Shown: positions 62,051-64,000 of the stretch, piece by piece
How positions within the stretch are numbered: the first letter of the stretch is position 1
Layout of the letters: every line of letters starts with the position of its first letter
Assembly (NCBI RefSeq): GCF_036321535.1
Contig: NC_087437.1
Location: forward strand, 32,242,001-32,306,000
DNA length: 64,000 nucleotides
From: Camelus dromedarius
Lineage: Eukaryota
Direction: 5' to 3'
Made by a program: the position numbers and the translations under genes
Notes under the pieces: generated by a model
What the model saw: the letters and a program-made list of their open reading frames with translations, nothing else
Databases searched by the model: none
What the model was told of the DNA's origin: nothing

Positions 62051-63224
62051 AAAATAAGTGATACATAAAATTATCATTTATTGAATTTTGAATGCCTTTC
62101 TAAAAAGAGACATTATGGTGTCACTAGCAGCTAGTAAAGTAGTGCTAATTCATAGAACTGCTACTTCCTTCCTTGATCGCCTTCTTCCTCTTCCTTTTAT
62201 TTTTTAAAATTATTTTCAAACTAAGGCAACCTTGCAGATTGCTAGCAGTCTGAAAGCCTTGCTTGGCTGACTCTTCCAGGAAACTCACACATCTATGCAA
62301 AATGATCATTCCCACCCCCCTGGTAACCATACTGTCCCAAAGATGGATGCAGCAGGGTTTCTTCTCTCTTTCTGGTTCCTTTGACCTCTTTTCTTGCTTC
62401 CCTCCATGGTAAACATGTTTATGTTATCAGATGCAAGAACACTGAAATCATGTGAGCCCATCATATCAACACAGGATCAGAAAAGAAGGAGAGGAACTGA
62501 GGTCTGACTTTTTTGCTGAAATTCATCTCTATCCAGCTTGGTAGGCTGAAAGAGCAGGACAGACAAACCAAGTGGACATATCTTCAGCCCTTTCCTCACC
62601 AGATTCCTCAAATAATGTGATTATAAATTAATAACTCCAAAGACCAAAGCTTCAACTGCTCAGAGACTTTCAAGACCCTGCACAATCTGTCCACAGTCAG
62701 TCAACACGTAATGCAGGGGGAAAGCATCACTGTGATATCACAGAGCTAACAGGAGAGAAGATGCAAACAAACTGAGGATGGGATTTGATTGGTAGGGGAG
62801 GAAAAGGCTTGGTGGATTTTAGCTTCTCCACCAGGAGGGTGGGTCACTGATGTAACATACTTTTAATTAAGGAAGTTGGAGAGGCTTCTTTATCACATGG
62901 GTAAACAATTTCTTAGAGTAATATAGAAGTTGTCAATGATTCTTTTATGTTCAAAAACCCCTATATTGTGCTGTAGGTCAATGAGAAGCTGTGGAAGGTG
63001 AGATCTGTTCAATAGTCATGGCCTGAGGTCTGCAAAAATTTCCATAATATAAGGAAGGATTCTACAGGGACAAGAATGCTAAACTGCATATTTTTTTTTC
63101 TCCTGGATATCTCTGCTCCTTTGCCTCATCTTCCATAAACACTGCAAACAACACAGATTGCTAAATTGCTTTCTTTAAAATAAACCCAGGAATTAAAATT
63201 AAAACTTTGGCCAATCAATCAAGC

Positions 63225-63225
<1 letters not shown>

Positions 63226-63267
<42 letters not shown>

Positions 63268-63285
63268 TAATAATGATAATAATAA
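63226..63285. repeat. (AAT)n microsatellite
   Basis: About 20 units with two GAT interruptions. Confidence 0.97.
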
Positions 63286-64000
63286 CCATATCATCCCAAG
63301 CATGCACCGAACAGTATGGGGGAAAAATTGTGTGGATAGAATGAGAATTTAAAATGAAATTACAGAAGAGGCAGCTGTTTATTTGATTACCTCCTATCTT
63401 GGCATCTTGGACTTCAGCTCTATAAATGCCTGGTAGGCTATCGGGTCCTTTTATGCACTGCCAAGATTTCTCTTTGCCCTGTATTTATTTTTTGTCTCCA
63501 CTGTGTTCCAAACCAATTGTTGCTGGGGCTCTAATGGGGTCAAATAAATATTCTAAGAAGAATCATATTTTCTTAGTTTTCTTTCAAATCATGGCTGCAC
63601 ATCCAGGTCTTAGCATCCTGGGCTCATCAAAAGAACATGCTGTTCTTAGTTAAAAAAAAAAAAAAAAGACAAAAGCATAATAGGAAATTCTACTCAATTT
63701 CATATCTGATCAAGATCAGCTCAAAATGAAGAATTCAGACACAAAAGCAACAGATTCCATTCAGCTAAGTTTGATCAAGTACAGCATTTGGTGGCGGGGG
63801 GAGAATCATCTACCCCTACTAATAGTGATTTATCCCTTTCTTGAAGGAGGGCCAAGCTGCTAGACAGTCTGTGTAGCTCCAGGGGAGGGCCTGACATGTT
63901 TCTGTAGCTATGACTGAGGGCACTGGAGGTCCTATGCTGGCAATGCTGATTTGGGGGGACATTTATCTTTTTTTTTTCTGCCAAGTGCTTCATACATGTA

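Noticed and set aside
1..64000. Inferring a host gene strand from retroelement orientation
   Set aside because: Younger L1s are mostly +, but LTRs and old L1s are mixed and counts are small, so intronic versus intergenic cannot be decided.
1..64000. CRISPR array, operon, prophage or other novel multi-gene system
   Set aside because: There is no regularly spaced repeat-spacer array and no dense coding. The sequence is typical repeat-rich eutherian non-coding DNA.

Overview
Mammalian non-coding genomic DNA, most likely from a camelid (Camelus/Vicugna/Lama). The assignment rests on a vic-1-type tRNA-derived SINE with target-site duplication at ~39.4 kb, several artiodactyl-type L1 3' ends, and no recognisable ruminant (Bov-tA/ART2A/BovB), pig (PRE1) or primate (Alu) SINEs. 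I found no supportable protein-coding exon, RNA gene, CpG island or prokaryotic feature, so the window reads as intergenic or deep-intronic. Much of it is decayed transposable elements: L1 of several ages, L2, MIR, MaLR/ERVL/ERV1 LTRs and hAT MITEs (MER5, MER53 and others), plus microsatellites. Every ORF in the supplied track is either a chance ORF or a reading through a repeat. The points of interest are modest: a twin-primed (5'-inverted) L1, nested insertions, a ~50-bp young L1 stub with a perfect TSD, a MER41-like LTR with STAT-type motifs, a MER53 with perfectly matched 22-bp arms, an unclassified ~1.15-kb LTR-like insertion, several motif-rich unique segments resembling developmental enhancers, and candidate CTCF sites. 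I did not find a novel biological system. Repeat family names are from recalled consensus patterns, not a database search, and most repeat boundaries are approximate (tens of bp).
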